From the sequence record DRR723986_5297: 60,527 bases of DNA. The stretch is one strand, 5' to 3'. Below are positions 48,703-59,053 of this stretch, piece by piece. How positions within the stretch are numbered: the first letter of the stretch is position 1; each line of letters opens with the position of its first letter. Made by a program: the position numbers and the translations under genes. The notes under the pieces are model-generated. The model saw nothing but the letters and a program-made list of their open reading frames with translations, made no database searches and had not been told where the DNA came from.

Positions 48703-49716
48703 TCAGCGATCGAGGGATGCTGCCAGACCTGCGCGGTAGTCGACCATGGTGGGCGTAAGCTGGTGTTCACTCCAGAACTTGCTGGAATCAACCTGTTTGT
48801 CACCGGCTCGTCGCGCTCGCGTGGAATACTCATCGGGATCTATGAAGTTGGGTTCTGCGATCCCGCATAACTCTGCAAGGCGGCCGTAGAAGTCCATCCG
48901 CTTGACTGGTGAATTGTCTGACAGCACGTATAAGTCTGCCGCAGCTACGTTGGCAAAAACTGCCTCGATAGCTCGAACGATATCATCCCGGTGAATTAAG
49001 TTTAAGAATCCGCCTTGTGGGACGGCCAGCGGTTCGCCTGCCTTGAGCTTTGCCGCGAGCGGAATTCGGCCGGGGCCGTAGATTCCGGCCAGTCGAAGCA
49101 CTGTTGCCGGCAATCGAGACGATGCAAGATGCTGTTCGGCAGCGACTGCAATCTGAGGACCGATGCGCGTTGGGGAAGGCTCTGTTGACTCGTTAACCTG
49201 CCCCGTTTGCTGGCCATAGACTCCCGTTGTGCTCAAGTAAACCACTTTTGCGACGTGTTCAGCAAGACTTGCTTCGATTGCGGCAAGCCCTCGAGTGTGC
49301 GCGTCTGTCTGTTGGAGTGGGGCGGTCTGGAGGTCGGCTTTTGGGGTGGCGTTGGGAGTGTTCTGTGAGACGCCAGGACTGTTTTCGGTCGCTTGAACAT
49401 TGGTCTCAAGGGGTCGGTGCGGCACGGCAATTAGCACGCGTCCTTTGGTCTCAAGGGCGGCTTCATCATCAAGCAAGTTCTCTTCGCCTAGCCACTGAAG
49501 CACCTTTTTGTATGTTGCTTGCTCCAGCCAAGAGCCAACGATCGGAACGATACCAAGTGCCTTCAACTCGGCGGCACGTCCGCTGCTCCGCGTTATCGCA
49601 AGGACTTTGTGGCCACTGGCGACCTGCTGCTTCGCGAAGGGAATTCCGACGTATCCGCAGCCGACGATCAACACCCAAGCTGGACGACTACTCACCAGAT
49701 TCACCCGCGTTGTCAA
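48703..49716 (-). CDS. NAD-dependent epimerase/SDR (YeeZ-like)
   Basis: IVGCGYVG, YLSTTGVYG, LRLAGIYGPGR, NLIHRDD. Confidence 0.88.
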   Translation of the reverse strand: MTTRVNLVSSRPAWVLIVGCGYVGIPFAKQQVASGHKVLAITRSSGRAAELKALGIVPIVGSWLEQATYKKVLQWLGEENLLDDEAALETKGRVLIAVPHRPLETNVQATENSPGVSQNTPNATPKADLQTAPLQQTDAHTRGLAAIEASLAEHVAKVVYLSTTGVYGQQTGQVNESTEPSPTRIGPQIAVAAEQHLASSRLPATVLRLAGIYGPGRIPLAAKLKAGEPLAVPQGGFLNLIHRDDIVRAIEAVFANVAAADLYVLSDNSPVKRMDFYGRLAELCGIAEPNFIDPDEYSTRARRAGDKQVDSSKFWSEHQLTPTMVDYRAGLAASLDR

Positions 49717-50989
49717 TCATTTTAGCCAGCCGCTCAACCGCTGCTCGAAGTGGTTCGTCCCCAGCATATTGTGGCATGGGTGGAGCAAGCGGATCGTCAA
49801 CCTCGCGTGGGTCGTTCCGCGATCTCCATCGCAAATTGAGTCGCAATTGTTCGATATCGCTCAGCTCAACCGCCAGGCCTTCATCCGGGCTGACGCCCCA
49901 TTGATCTTCTGGCTTCATTTCTTCGGTCCGGTGAATGTTCTTGCCGCTCGGGCGATAGAAGCGAGCAGTTGTAAATTTAAGTGCTGTTCGATTGGGCTCG
50001 AGCTCGAAAACTTGCTGCACGGTGCCTTTCCCATAACTACGCTGTCCGCCAACCAGTGCGCGACCGGCATCCTGGAGGCAACCTGCCATGATCTCGCTGG
50101 CACTGGCCGACTGATCATTTACAAGCACGATCATCGGAATGTCTTTTGGAAGTAAAACGTCAGGTCTCGCGGTCCACTCGTTGCCCGCTGCCTCGATCCG
50201 CCCCTTGGTGCTGACGATGGTTCCTTCGTCCACCAGCAGATCACACATCGCAACAGCCGCGTCAAGGATCCCGCCTGGGTTGTAGCGAAGGTCGATAACA
50301 ACACCCTTCGCCCGACCTTTGATCTGTTCTAAAGCTGCCTTAAACTCTTCGTAGGTCTTCTCACCGAAGAGCGTTATTCTGATGTAGGCAATGTCGGAGT
50401 CCTCCAGCATAAAGTCCGCTGTTGAATCTTGCCGCACACGGTCTCCGTACACCGAGTCAACTTGGATATCTGCACGGACAATTTTCATCGCGATTGGATC
50501 GCTCGCGCCCATACGATTGACGATTAAGTTGACCGGTTCCCCAACTGGCCCACGCATCCACTTCGTCGCATTAGTAGCTTCCAGGTCGACAGTCGACTTC
50601 CCATCGATCTTGGTTATCACGTCACCCGGACGCATTCCAGCTTCGTACGCAGGCGTTCCGGGGATTGGCATTACAACGGTCAATTGCTCAACCGTGGGTG
50701 GGCCTTCAATAAGGACGCCAATGCCACCGAACTGCTGTTCAATGACGCTTTGGAACTCCTGAAATCTGTCAGGCGGTATAAAATCCGAGAATTGATCGAG
50801 CTTCCCAACAATTCCCTGCATCGCAGCTACATAGAGTTCCTCGGGGTCGATCTCGTCAACATATCGCTCTTGGATGAGCTGAATATTTCGCCCCAGCTTT
50901 CCACCGTAGCGCAGACGCCCCGCTTGCATGTTGCAGGCCAGGCATATCATCACCACGAAAACTAGGATTTGGATGTTTCGTAAGGGCAT
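49688..50989 (-). CDS. S41 C-terminal processing peptidase with PDZ domain
   Basis: FGGIGV (PDZ), DLRYNPGG, SASASEIMAG, SYGKGTVQ. Confidence 0.93.
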   Translation of the reverse strand: MPLRNIQILVFVVMICLACNMQAGRLRYGGKLGRNIQLIQERYVDEIDPEELYVAAMQGIVGKLDQFSDFIPPDRFQEFQSVIEQQFGGIGVLIEGPPTVEQLTVVMPIPGTPAYEAGMRPGDVITKIDGKSTVDLEATNATKWMRGPVGEPVNLIVNRMGASDPIAMKIVRADIQVDSVYGDRVRQDSTADFMLEDSDIAYIRITLFGEKTYEEFKAALEQIKGRAKGVVIDLRYNPGGILDAAVAMCDLLVDEGTIVSTKGRIEAAGNEWTARPDVLLPKDIPMIVLVNDQSASASEIMAGCLQDAGRALVGGQRSYGKGTVQQVFELEPNRTALKFTTARFYRPSGKNIHRTEEMKPEDQWGVSPDEGLAVELSDIEQLRLNLRWRSRNDPREVDDPLAPPMPQYAGDEPLRAAVERLAKMIDNAGESGE

Positions 50990-51180
50990 TCGCTCTAACG
51001 TTGTGGTCAAGAGTTAGTTGGACGAAGTGTGTGGCGCCCGATATGGCAGGGCTTTTCGCCACCTGTCGACAATTATGATAACCGCTGCGGTATGATATCG
51101 TGAGGCGTCAAGTTGAGCTTGTTCTCGACCGGCGTGTTCTAGCTATTTTGTTCTCAGCTATTTTGAAAAGAATCCACCCG

Positions 51181-52782
51181 ATGCGAAGCTGCCTAAGCTA
51201 TCACGTCCCAAGTTCAATTCCCCGCGGCCCGCTGCTCTTGGCCTTAATCGCGTTGTTCGTCATCGCGAGTACCAAAACGGCGGATGCTGTCTCACCATCT
51301 GGCAAAGATTCGCCCCAGCGTCCCAATATCGTCCTGATCATGGCAGATGACTTGGGGTTTTCCGATCTGGGGTGCTACGGCAGCGAGATTGAAACGCCCA
51401 ACCTGGATCGCATTGCAACTCACGGCGTCCGGATGAGCCAGTTCTACAACACGGCCAAATGCCATTCATCGAGAGTTTCCTTGTTGACGGGGCTGTACTG
51501 CGATCAAGCTGGGGCCGAATCATTACGTCGAGGCACAACCATTGCTCGCGAGCTTGGCGAAGCAGGCTATTTTACGGCGATGGCCGGAAAGTGGCATTTG
51601 CACGATGAACCAACCGACCATGGATTCCAGCGCTATTTTGGCCACCTGAGCGGGGCGACAAACTTCTTCACCGGTGACAATACCTTCCGGCTCAACGGGA
51701 AGCCTTGGAGTGACTTTGATGAGGATTTCTACACCACGGTCGTGAACACCGACTACGCAATTGATTTCGCCGATCAAGCGCTCGAAAGCGAAAAACCACT
51801 CTTTCTCTACGTGGCATACAACGCTCCTCACTATCCGCTGCAGTGCCTGAAGGAAGACTATGAAAGGTATAAGGGGCGGTACGATGCTGGCTGGGATGTG
51901 ATGCGTCAACGTCGCTATGAGAAGCAACAGCGCCTCGGCTTGCTAGAAGGAGAGCCCATTACTACACCGGAGCGTCCCGCCCACGTGCCAGCTTGGAAGG
52001 ATTTGTCGCCGAAGGATCAGCAGTGGGAATCAAACCGGATGGCTGCATTTGCCGCCATGGTCGATCGGCTGGATAAAGAAATTGGACGCTTGGTGAAACA
52101 CTTGGAATCGAAAGACGCTTTCGATAACACACTGTTCATTTTCGTCAGCGACAATGGCGCTTGCCCCTTCGATCGTACCCGTGGAAAGGAATTCCAACCC
52201 TATGACTCCAAGAGCTACTGGTGCTACGACACTGGTTGGGCACACGTTGGAAATACACCATTTCGTTACTACAAGCAGAATAACCACGAAGGCGGCATCG
52301 CTTCGCCAGCAATTATCCACTGGCCGGCAGGGATGAAAGCAGAAGCGGGATCCATCAATCGATCTCCGGGCCACTTAATTGATCTAATGGCAACCTGTCT
52401 GGATGTTGCTGGCGCTGAGTATCCTGAGAATGTTGCGGGCCGTAAGATCGACCCCCTGATGGGAAGGTCGCTGATGCCGATCATTGAAGGCAAAGATCGC
52501 CCGGCGGCGGACTATCTGTACTTCACATTTGGTCCAAACAAAGCATTGCGTCAAGGTGACTGGAAAGTCGTGTCCGTGCGTAATGGCCCCTGGGAACTCT
52601 ACAATCTGGCCGAGGATCGAAACGAAGCAGTCAACCTGGCTGATCAGCACACCGAAATGGTTGAGGAGATGGGGAAGCGATGGTACCAAATCGCGAAGGA
52701 CGTTGATCGCCAACCCACCAAGCGACTCAAACCGCTGAAGAACCAGCCACAGGACGGAACGTTTCAAAAGAACGGCAAATAG
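51181..52782 (+). CDS. Arylsulfatase (S1 family), exported
   Basis: PNIVLIMADDLG, CHSSRVSLLTG, GKWHL, APHYPL, SDNG, HEGGI, ELYNLAEDRNE. Confidence 0.92.
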   Translation: MRSCLSYHVPSSIPRGPLLLALIALFVIASTKTADAVSPSGKDSPQRPNIVLIMADDLGFSDLGCYGSEIETPNLDRIATHGVRMSQFYNTAKCHSSRVSLLTGLYCDQAGAESLRRGTTIARELGEAGYFTAMAGKWHLHDEPTDHGFQRYFGHLSGATNFFTGDNTFRLNGKPWSDFDEDFYTTVVNTDYAIDFADQALESEKPLFLYVAYNAPHYPLQCLKEDYERYKGRYDAGWDVMRQRRYEKQQRLGLLEGEPITTPERPAHVPAWKDLSPKDQQWESNRMAAFAAMVDRLDKEIGRLVKHLESKDAFDNTLFIFVSDNGACPFDRTRGKEFQPYDSKSYWCYDTGWAHVGNTPFRYYKQNNHEGGIASPAIIHWPAGMKAEAGSINRSPGHLIDLMATCLDVAGAEYPENVAGRKIDPLMGRSLMPIIEGKDRPAADYLYFTFGPNKALRQGDWKVVSVRNGPWELYNLAEDRNEAVNLADQHTEMVEEMGKRWYQIAKDVDRQPTKRLKPLKNQPQDGTFQKNGK

Positions 52783-52794
52783 CGGTATGCGTTC

Positions 52795-53145
52795 ATGAGC
52801 GAGCCAAAGACGCTTAACTGCTTGTTTGTCTGCACGATGAACCAGTGGCGAAGCCCGACTGCCGAGAAGATCTTTGCCGATCACACTTGGGTAGTTGCTC
52901 GGTCACGTGGGACAAGCACCAAGGCGCGGCGTTCGGTGACACTGTCCGATATCAAGTGGGCTGATGTGTTATTTCCGATGGAGACCAAGCATCGCGCGCG
53001 CCTGCTCGCTGAATTCCCACGCGAATTGCGATACAAAGACTTACACGTACTCGGAATTCCTGACGACTACAAATTCATGGATCCCGAGCTAATCAGCGAA
53101 TTGCAACTTGCTGTCGAGCCAATCCTTGCGGACTACGCCAATTAA
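52795..53145 (+). CDS. Low-molecular-weight protein tyrosine phosphatase-like protein
   Basis: P-loop LFVCTMNQWRSPTAE, WAD, IPDDYKFMD. Confidence 0.82.
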   Translation: MSEPKTLNCLFVCTMNQWRSPTAEKIFADHTWVVARSRGTSTKARRSVTLSDIKWADVLFPMETKHRARLLAEFPRELRYKDLHVLGIPDDYKFMDPELISELQLAVEPILADYAN

Positions 53146-53255
53146 CACTACGTAATTAACACTGTGTGGCACCGACTTTGGAGCCGGAGGTACGGCTCCG
53201 TCCAGCGGAATTGCCGCTTACATTATTGGATCAAATTGAGTCTCTTGAGGGGATT

Positions 53256-53741
53256 ATGCAAGCAGAGCGGAAACCAATCGTTCGCGGGCCCGACGATGGC
53301 CAGCGAATTTATGCTGGCGGGGATCTGTACCGGTTCTTAGCTGTGAAAAGCGAGACGGACGGAAAGTACGGTCTTTGGGAAGCAATCGTACCACCCGGCG
53401 GCGGCCCGCCACCGCATTTGCACAACAACGAAGAAGAAGGATTCTACGTTGTATCTGGGCGGCTGACGGTTTATGCCGAGGACGAAGAAGTTGATGCTGG
53501 ACCAGGGGCCTTTGTGCACATGCCCAAAGGTAGCAAGCATTGGTTTCGAAACAACGGCGACGAAGCGGCGAAGATGATCGTCCTTGTGGCTCCTGGCGGC
53601 ATGGAAGGCATGTTCCAAGAAACTGGCAAGCCTGTAGACGATTCAACCGCCCCCATCCCATCAATGGACGACGATGAAAAGTCAAAGCTCCTTGAAGTTG
53701 CTCCGAAGTATGGAATCGAGATTCTGAAACCCAAGCACTGA
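53256..53741 (+). CDS. Cupin domain protein (quercetinase-like)
   Basis: GPPPHLHNNEEEGFYV, PKGSKHWF, APGGMEGMF; GAGGGG upstream of ATG 53256. Confidence 0.85.
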   Translation: MQAERKPIVRGPDDGQRIYAGGDLYRFLAVKSETDGKYGLWEAIVPPGGGPPPHLHNNEEEGFYVVSGRLTVYAEDEEVDAGPGAFVHMPKGSKHWFRNNGDEAAKMIVLVAPGGMEGMFQETGKPVDDSTAPIPSMDDDEKSKLLEVAPKYGIEILKPKH

Positions 53742-53760
53742 CTTAACGGATCACAGACCG

Positions 53761-54813
53761 ATGCGCCCAGAGTCGATCAGTATTGCTTCTTCGTTTTTTG
53801 GTCTCATTGCAATCGCCTGTGGCATCGTTCTCGCTATCTTTGCCGTGCGGCGATTCGTGTTTTCCAAGCCTTGGCCGCCAGCGAGTGAATTGCGGTTGTC
53901 GTGCATCATCACCGCCTGCATTTCCCTGGCGATAACCCTAGCGATATGCCTTGTATTTCAGTTAACAGGCTTTGGCGAATCACTTTTCTACCGACCATCG
54001 CAACGTGACTATGGCGAACTAAAGTCACTCGACCGAGAGCCAGAAGAGGTAATATTCACCAGCGCTGACGGAACGAAGCTTCATGGCTGGTGGCTTGCCG
54101 CTGAGAGAGCGGAGCCAATCGGAACACCTGGTGCAGAACCCTCGCCGAGTACTGCGCCAACTGTAATCGCTTTCCATGGCAGTGACCGTAATATTACCTA
54201 CACCGTCAAGAATAGCGCGTGGTTGACGCAGCATTCGATGAATGTGTTCGTTTTTGACTATCGCGGTTACGGTAGGTCGCAGGGACAAGTCAGCCGCCAG
54301 GGGCTAGTAGATGATTCTGTCGCAGCAATCAACTATGCCGCAAGCCGTAAGGAGCTTGGCGATAGTCCCCTCATCCTTTACGGTCAGAGCATGGGAGGGC
54401 AACTGGCCATCGTGGCAGCCGCGGAAGCTCAGGAGCCGAAAGTGCAACTTGTTGTATCTGAAGCCACGTATGCTAAACACAGTTATCACCTTAGCGACAA
54501 ACTTGGCCAGTTTGGTCCGCTTTGGTTGGTGAAGTGGGGCGGGTGGCTGCTGACTAGTGACAACTTGTGCGCCGAAGATGCGATCGGGCAACTTGTAGAC
54601 ACTCCCGTGCTCCTCATTCACGGCAATGACGACCGCGGGGTAGCCCCGTATCACAGTCGACACCTTCGCGATTCTCTGGTCGGCCCTGGAGAGCTGTGGG
54701 AAATCGAAGGAGCTGGACACCTTCAAATTTTCCAGGACAAGGCCAATCAGCGGAGGCTCGCGGATCACATCTGGGACTCAATCGACGCCGAAACCGAACA
54801 GTCTTCACAGTAA
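53761..54813 (+). CDS. Membrane-anchored alpha/beta hydrolase (ABHD13/YfhR-like)
   Basis: Two N-terminal TM helices; DYRGYGRS, GQSMGG, IHGNDD, GAGH. Confidence 0.85.
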   Translation: MRPESISIASSFFGLIAIACGIVLAIFAVRRFVFSKPWPPASELRLSCIITACISLAITLAICLVFQLTGFGESLFYRPSQRDYGELKSLDREPEEVIFTSADGTKLHGWWLAAERAEPIGTPGAEPSPSTAPTVIAFHGSDRNITYTVKNSAWLTQHSMNVFVFDYRGYGRSQGQVSRQGLVDDSVAAINYAASRKELGDSPLILYGQSMGGQLAIVAAAEAQEPKVQLVVSEATYAKHSYHLSDKLGQFGPLWLVKWGGWLLTSDNLCAEDAIGQLVDTPVLLIHGNDDRGVAPYHSRHLRDSLVGPGELWEIEGAGHLQIFQDKANQRRLADHIWDSIDAETEQSSQ

Positions 54814-54870
54814 CTGGCTGGACAGCGGCCGAACATGACAGCCGACCACATGAAGCAATCGGCGTGGCGT

Positions 54871-56433
54871 CTAGGCGATTAAGTCCTTCATAACGTGACC
54901 GTGTACGTCTGTTAAGCGGAAGTCGCGGCCCTGGTACCGATAGGTCAGCCGCGTGTGGTCGATACCCAGTAAGTGCAGAATGGTTGCGTTGAGATCATGG
55001 ATATGCATCGATCCAGGCGTCCAACTGTCTGGTGACGGTTGAGGATTCAGGACAACACCGTCTGCATCGGTGATATTGTAGCCATAATCGTCAGTGCGGC
55101 CGTAGGTAATCCCAGGCTTGACGCCACCTCCAGCCATCCAAACGGTAAAGCAACGGGGGTGGTGATCGCGGCCGTAGGTCTTGTCGGTTAGTGTGCCTTG
55201 GCAATAGGCCGTCCGACCAAACTCGCCGCCCCAGACAACCAGCGTGTCTTCCAGCATTCCACGTTGCTTGAGGTCTTGAATGAGTGCGGCTGAGGCTTTG
55301 TCGATGTCTTTGCACTGCGACTCATGCTCGGTGGGCAGGCGGTTGTGAGCGTCCCAACCACGGTGGAATATCTGAATATTGCGAACTCCCCGTTCAGCAA
55401 GTCTCCGCGCGTTCAAGCAACAGGCTGCAAAGGTACCTGGCTGCTTCGCCTCTTCACCGTAAAGCTTAAAAGTTTCGTCGGACTCACTAGACAGATCCAT
55501 CAGTTCCGGCACGGAAGTCTGCATGCGATAAGCCATCTCATGCTGCTTGATTCGGGCAAGGATCTCTGGATCTGCAAACTGTTCATGCTGTAGCTGATTG
55601 AGTCTTACAAGCGCATCGAGTTGCTTTCTCCGGTCGTTACGAGAAAGTCCGCCTGGATTGCTCAGGTAAAGTACCGGATCGCCCTGGTTCTGAAGGAGCA
55701 ATCCTTGGTGCTGCGAGGGCATGAATCCTGTCCCCCACAACCGATTAAACAAGCTCTGTTCGGGAAAGCTTGTCTTGGCATGCATGACAACGTAGCTGGG
55801 CAGATTCTCATTCATGCTGCCCAACCCATAGCTTAACCATGCACCTAGGCTGGGCCGCCCCGGTATCTGGCTGCCGGTTTGGATAAATGTAATCGCCGGA
55901 TCGTGGTTGATCGCTTCGGTAAATGTGCTGTGAACAACGCACAAGTCTTTTGCGACGCGGGCCGTATGCGGCAGCAACTCGCTGACGTACACACCGTTGT
56001 CATTGTTGTCATACTTTTTGAACTTGTACTTACTTGGACAGATCGGAAGGCCGTTTTTCTGATTGGCGGTCATGCCCGTAATTCGCTGTCCGTCTCGCAC
56101 TTCCGGTGGAAGCTGCTCACCAAACATATCGTTGAGCTTGGGCTTGTAGTCCCACATGTCGTGTTGGCTCGGACCACCACTCATGAACAAGTAGATGACT
56201 CGTTTTGCTTTAGCCGGATGATGCAGGCCCGCGGCCCCCACTGTTCCGCTCGCTTGAGTCCCGCTGGCATCAGGCCCGTCGGAATCCGCCGCAGCCGCCA
56301 ACGGAGAGCCCAGAAGCTGAGCCATGGCTGCTGTGCCAAGCCCCAGAGCTGCACGGCCGAACAGTTGCCGACGCGTTGAATGCAGATTTGCTGCGCGGGC
56401 GAGCGACGGATCAAGCGGGTTTTCTGCGTGCAT
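54871..56433 (-). CDS. DUF1501 domain protein (Tat signal)
   Basis: TRRQLF Tat-like motif, AKRVIYLFMSGGPSQ, GWDAH, WGGEFGRT, GRDHH, RLTDVHG. Alternative start at 56451. Confidence 0.92.
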   Translation of the reverse strand: MHAENPLDPSLARAANLHSTRRQLFGRAALGLGTAAMAQLLGSPLAAAADSDGPDASGTQASGTVGAAGLHHPAKAKRVIYLFMSGGPSQHDMWDYKPKLNDMFGEQLPPEVRDGQRITGMTANQKNGLPICPSKYKFKKYDNNDNGVYVSELLPHTARVAKDLCVVHSTFTEAINHDPAITFIQTGSQIPGRPSLGAWLSYGLGSMNENLPSYVVMHAKTSFPEQSLFNRLWGTGFMPSQHQGLLLQNQGDPVLYLSNPGGLSRNDRRKQLDALVRLNQLQHEQFADPEILARIKQHEMAYRMQTSVPELMDLSSESDETFKLYGEEAKQPGTFAACCLNARRLAERGVRNIQIFHRGWDAHNRLPTEHESQCKDIDKASAALIQDLKQRGMLEDTLVVWGGEFGRTAYCQGTLTDKTYGRDHHPRCFTVWMAGGGVKPGITYGRTDDYGYNITDADGVVLNPQPSPDSWTPGSMHIHDLNATILHLLGIDHTRLTYRYQGRDFRLTDVHGHVMKDLIA

Positions 56434-56520
56434 CAATTTTCTCGTTGGCAAAACAGGTGGCTGTTGAACTTGGTCTTAGGCTGTGGCTGCGAACACGCCA
56501 GGAATCACCCCAACAAGGGC

Positions 56521-58950
56521 TTAGTAGAGCAGGATTGCGGAGTCACTGGCCAGGAGCGTGCTTGCCACAACCGTCCAGGCGGCCAACTGCTCAGGCTGGA
56601 ACTTCTTATTCCGCGGCGCTTCACCGTATCCCAGTAACGCTTCAGCAGCTTCCTTGTCCTCTTTGTATCGCTTGAGCATTACGTCCAGCAAATCCTGCAG
56701 TGCCTCAGCTTCCTCTTCGGTCGGTTTGCGACTAACTAACAACCCAAAGGCGTAGTTAAGCCTCTCTGCGGCCGTCTTCTTCGACGCAATCAGTCGTTCG
56801 GCAAACTTGCGTGACATCTCCAGTCGCTGCGTCTCATTCAAAAGTGCGAGGGACTGCAAGGAAGTGTTCGTGATCCCTCGGCGCACACAGGCGGACTCTC
56901 GTGAAGGCGCATCAAAGAGCGTCATCATTGGGTGGGGGCTCGTGCGTTTCCAGTAAACGTATAGACTCCGGCGGTAGAGTCGCGGTCCCTTGTCGGCGAC
57001 GTATTCCTTGGTATTGCTTGCCGGGTGCGCCATTGCTTTCCACATGCCCGGCGGCTGGTACGGCTTCACGCCCTCGCCGCCCATCGTCGGATCCAGGAGA
57101 TTGCTAGCCCATAAACCAATGTCGCGAAGCACTTCAGCGTCCAGTCGAAAGCTGGGCCCCCTCGCCAATAGTCGATTCTCTGGATCGTCCAGTTCAGCAC
57201 GAACCGCCGAAGACTGGCGAAACGTCTTGCTCAAAACCATGGCTTTGAGTATTGCTTTCTGGTCCCAGCCGCTTCTCCGGAGTTCGACAGCGAGCCAATC
57301 CAACAACTCTGGGTGCGTCGGCTGTTCTCCTTGAAGTCCGAAATCCTCAGGCGTGCGGACCAATCCGTTGCCGAACACACGTTGCCAAAGCTGGTTTGCT
57401 ACCACACGGGAAGTCAAAGGGTTGTCGTCGGCGGTCAGCCATCGGGCCAAGCCAAGGCGATTGCGTGGTGCATCTTTCGGGAAGGGATTCATGACGTCGA
57501 AAACGCCCGGCTGGAGAGGCTCCCCCTGCGGTTGGTTGTACTCTCCGCGATGAAGCAGATAGGTTTCGCGAGGTTCCTTAAGTTCCCGAGCCACTAGTGT
57601 CGTCGTGTAATCCTTACTCTCGGTCTCTCGAGTATCGCTGAGCAATTGTGCAAATACGCGACTATTCCACGTGGAGAACGCTGGATCGTTAGTGACCAAA
57701 TTAAGCTTTTCATCGCGACTGGCCGATTCCCATTTCTTGGCCAGTTGCTTATCCTCGGACGCGTGAACGAATTGCTCAGCCGTATCGAGTAGCAAAGTGG
57801 CCGAATCAAGCTGGGTTTTCCATCGCTGCCACCCACTTTGGTCTGCTGGAGCTTTTGCAGTGGGACCGTACTGGTATGCATTGCGATCCATCGGTTTCTC
57901 GGCCGTATTATTGAAGAACGCGAACAGGCGGTAGTATTCCTCGTGCGTGATAGGATCGTACTTATGTGTATGACACCGAGCGCACGTAAGTGACATTCCT
58001 AGGAATACAGTTCCGATCGTCTCTGTTCTGTCGAAACTGTATTTGGCCTGAAACTCCTCAGCGATCGCGCCGCCCTCAGACGTGCTTGGGTTGAGCCGGA
58101 CAAAACCAGTTGCAACCTTTTGCTCTAGAGTTGGATCGGGCAGCAGATCACCAGCTAGCTGCCACGTGATAAAGTCGTCGAGTGGCAAATTGTCGTTGTA
58201 TGCCTTGACGACCCAATCTCGGTAGGGATAAATCCCGCGTCGCGAATCCAGGTGCAGGCCGTGTGTATCGCCGTAGCGAGCCGCATCAAGCCAGTACCTT
58301 GCTTGGTGTTCACCGTATCGAGGACTGGCAAGCAGTTCATCAACGTAGGCCTCGAGTTCCGTTTCGCTGAAGTTAGCCTTTAGGGCGGAGGCGCGCTCGG
58401 GAACGGGCGGCAAGCCTGTCAAAACGAGAGCCAACCGTCGTGCCAAGACCTCTACGGACGCTTCGGGTGCAAGCTGGATGCTTCGTTGGTTCAGTTGTTT
58501 GACAACGAAGTGGTCAATAGCCTCCGAGCGGCTTAAAGCTCCGACCGCTTGTGAATCGGAGACTTCAGGAGGCACGAACGCCCAGTGCTTATCGTATTGC
58601 CCGCTTTGCTGAATCCACTTCCGGAGTGTTTCTTTCTCTTGGTCGCTTAGTTGCTTCTGCGATTCAGCAGGGGGCATCGGATCATCTTCGGAGAAAATCC
58701 GTTTGATCAATTCGCTGTTGTCGGCATTTTCAGGCACAATCGCCTGGTAGCCGCCCAGGTCGCGCGTCGCGGCTTCGAAAGAGTCGAGTCGCACGAGGTC
58801 TTCATCTTGCGTGTCGGGGCCGTGACACACGAAGCATTTGTCAGACAGTATCGGAAGAACTTGCTTGGCAAAGTCGACGGTTTCGCTTGCTGCAGCTGGT
58901 GATTGAGCAAGCAAAATGGTGCTGGCGATGAGAACAGCAATTCTAAGCAT
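56521..58950 (-). CDS. Planctomycete cytochrome c / DUF1549 / DUF1553 (PSD1) protein
   Basis: CFVCHG and CARCHTHKYDP heme-type motifs; WLDAARYGD, HPELLDWLA, RRSLY, FDAPSRE. Start at MLRIAV. Confidence 0.92.
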   Translation of the reverse strand: MLRIAVLIASTILLAQSPAAASETVDFAKQVLPILSDKCFVCHGPDTQDEDLVRLDSFEAATRDLGGYQAIVPENADNSELIKRIFSEDDPMPPAESQKQLSDQEKETLRKWIQQSGQYDKHWAFVPPEVSDSQAVGALSRSEAIDHFVVKQLNQRSIQLAPEASVEVLARRLALVLTGLPPVPERASALKANFSETELEAYVDELLASPRYGEHQARYWLDAARYGDTHGLHLDSRRGIYPYRDWVVKAYNDNLPLDDFITWQLAGDLLPDPTLEQKVATGFVRLNPSTSEGGAIAEEFQAKYSFDRTETIGTVFLGMSLTCARCHTHKYDPITHEEYYRLFAFFNNTAEKPMDRNAYQYGPTAKAPADQSGWQRWKTQLDSATLLLDTAEQFVHASEDKQLAKKWESASRDEKLNLVTNDPAFSTWNSRVFAQLLSDTRETESKDYTTTLVARELKEPRETYLLHRGEYNQPQGEPLQPGVFDVMNPFPKDAPRNRLGLARWLTADDNPLTSRVVANQLWQRVFGNGLVRTPEDFGLQGEQPTHPELLDWLAVELRRSGWDQKAILKAMVLSKTFRQSSAVRAELDDPENRLLARGPSFRLDAEVLRDIGLWASNLLDPTMGGEGVKPYQPPGMWKAMAHPASNTKEYVADKGPRLYRRSLYVYWKRTSPHPMMTLFDAPSRESACVRRGITNTSLQSLALLNETQRLEMSRKFAERLIASKKTAAERLNYAFGLLVSRKPTEEEAEALQDLLDVMLKRYKEDKEAAEALLGYGEAPRNKKFQPEQLAAWTVVASTLLASDSAILLY

Positions 58951-59053
58951 GCTTATTTTTCGCGGCGGGAAGTGCGTACTGTAGGAGGGATTACACTCCA
59001 TTCTAGTCGCTACTGCCAGAGTGTTGTACATGAAGCTCGGCAGCCCTTGCGTT

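Noticed and set aside
49688..49716. 29-bp overlap between the S41 peptidase and the SDR gene as a possible frameshift
   Set aside because: Both proteins look complete and are unrelated; this is an ordinary operon overlap.
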